From positions 1 to 30,750 of the forward strand of contig JBBKWS010000077.1 in assembly GCA_037969075.1 (NCBI GenBank): 30,750 nt of DNA, written 5' to 3'. This document shows positions 30,338 through 30,750 of this stretch, one piece after another. Each line of letters opens with the position of its first letter. Position 1 is the first letter of the stretch. The DNA is from Bdellovibrionales bacterium (GTDB lineage: Bacteria; Bdellovibrionota; Bdellovibrionia; Bdellovibrionales; UBA840). The position numbers and the translations under genes were made by a program. The notes below the pieces were generated by a model. It had not been told where the DNA came from. It was given only the letters and a program-made list of their open reading frames with translations, and ran no database searches.

Positions 30338-30750
30338 ATGGCAGCAACATTAGATCAAGCACAGGGTGAATACCTCAAAATTAGAGTGGCAGCAATGGTG
30401 CCTAACAAAAGCACTACTTTTGATCTTTATGTATTAATTAACGGTAAATTCATTTGTTATATAAAAAGTGGTGATAGCCTAGGGCAAGATAAAATCGATA
30501 AGCTAACAACAGCCAAAACTGATGTCTTTTACATTAAAGAAGCTGATAAGCAAGAATTCAAAAAATATGTTCACGACAGAGTTACTGATAGCTCACTTTC
30601 ATCATCTCAAAAGGCTGTGATCTTAAAAGAATCATCCTATGCTTTGATTGAAGAATTGTACGAGCATCCGGATGTCGAGAAAGCTCTAAATGATTCTAAA
30701 GAAATCATCACAAACTTTGTTGAGTTCATCGACCAGGAAAGTGATGCCAT
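30338..30750 (+). CDS. Partial ORF, probable N-terminal region of an HD-GYP cyclic-dinucleotide phosphodiesterase
   Basis: Read manually; open to the window end: MAATLDQAQGEYLKIRV...FDLYVLINGKFICYIKSGD...VFYIKEADKQEFKKY...QKAVILKES. This resembles the N-terminal domain preceding HD-GYP domains in Bdellovibrionota/deltaproteobacteria. The catalytic domain is not visible. Confidence 0.6.
   Translation, partial: MAATLDQAQGEYLKIRVAAMVPNKSTTFDLYVLINGKFICYIKSGDSLGQDKIDKLTTAKTDVFYIKEADKQEFKKYVHDRVTDSSLSSSQKAVILKESSYALIEELYEHPDVEKALNDSKEIITNFVEFIDQESDA

Overview
AT-rich bacterial chromosomal segment, mostly minus-strand. Gene content, sigma28-type promoters, CarD/CdnL and many small secreted Cys-rich proteins suggest Bdellovibrionota (inference). 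The housekeeping backbone, read right to left on the minus strand, is recG ... carD, gltX, cysS-uvrB-uvrC ... spoIID, queA, tgt, yajC-secD-secF(partial). It is interrupted by (i) a yfbR / xdhABC / DMT-transporter / unknown membrane protein block that looks like nucleotide-purine catabolism, (ii) a cluster of a B12 radical SAM enzyme, secreted orphans, a GDPD and a small Zn-finger protein, (iii) a HolD/UDG-like-nfeD-stomatin unit coupled to spoIID, and (iv) a duplicated-domain Cys lipoprotein between queA and tgt. I found no mobile element, CRISPR, tRNA or rRNA. The most notable signals are non-coding: a two-hairpin GGA-loop (CsrA-site-like) element antisense in the gltX-cysS gap, a recurring leaderless promoter architecture (-10 element 6-7 nt before the start codon at about nine genes), an interleaved bidirectional promoter between recG and a probable HD-GYP gene, and two convergent sigma28-type genes that overlap at their 3' ends.
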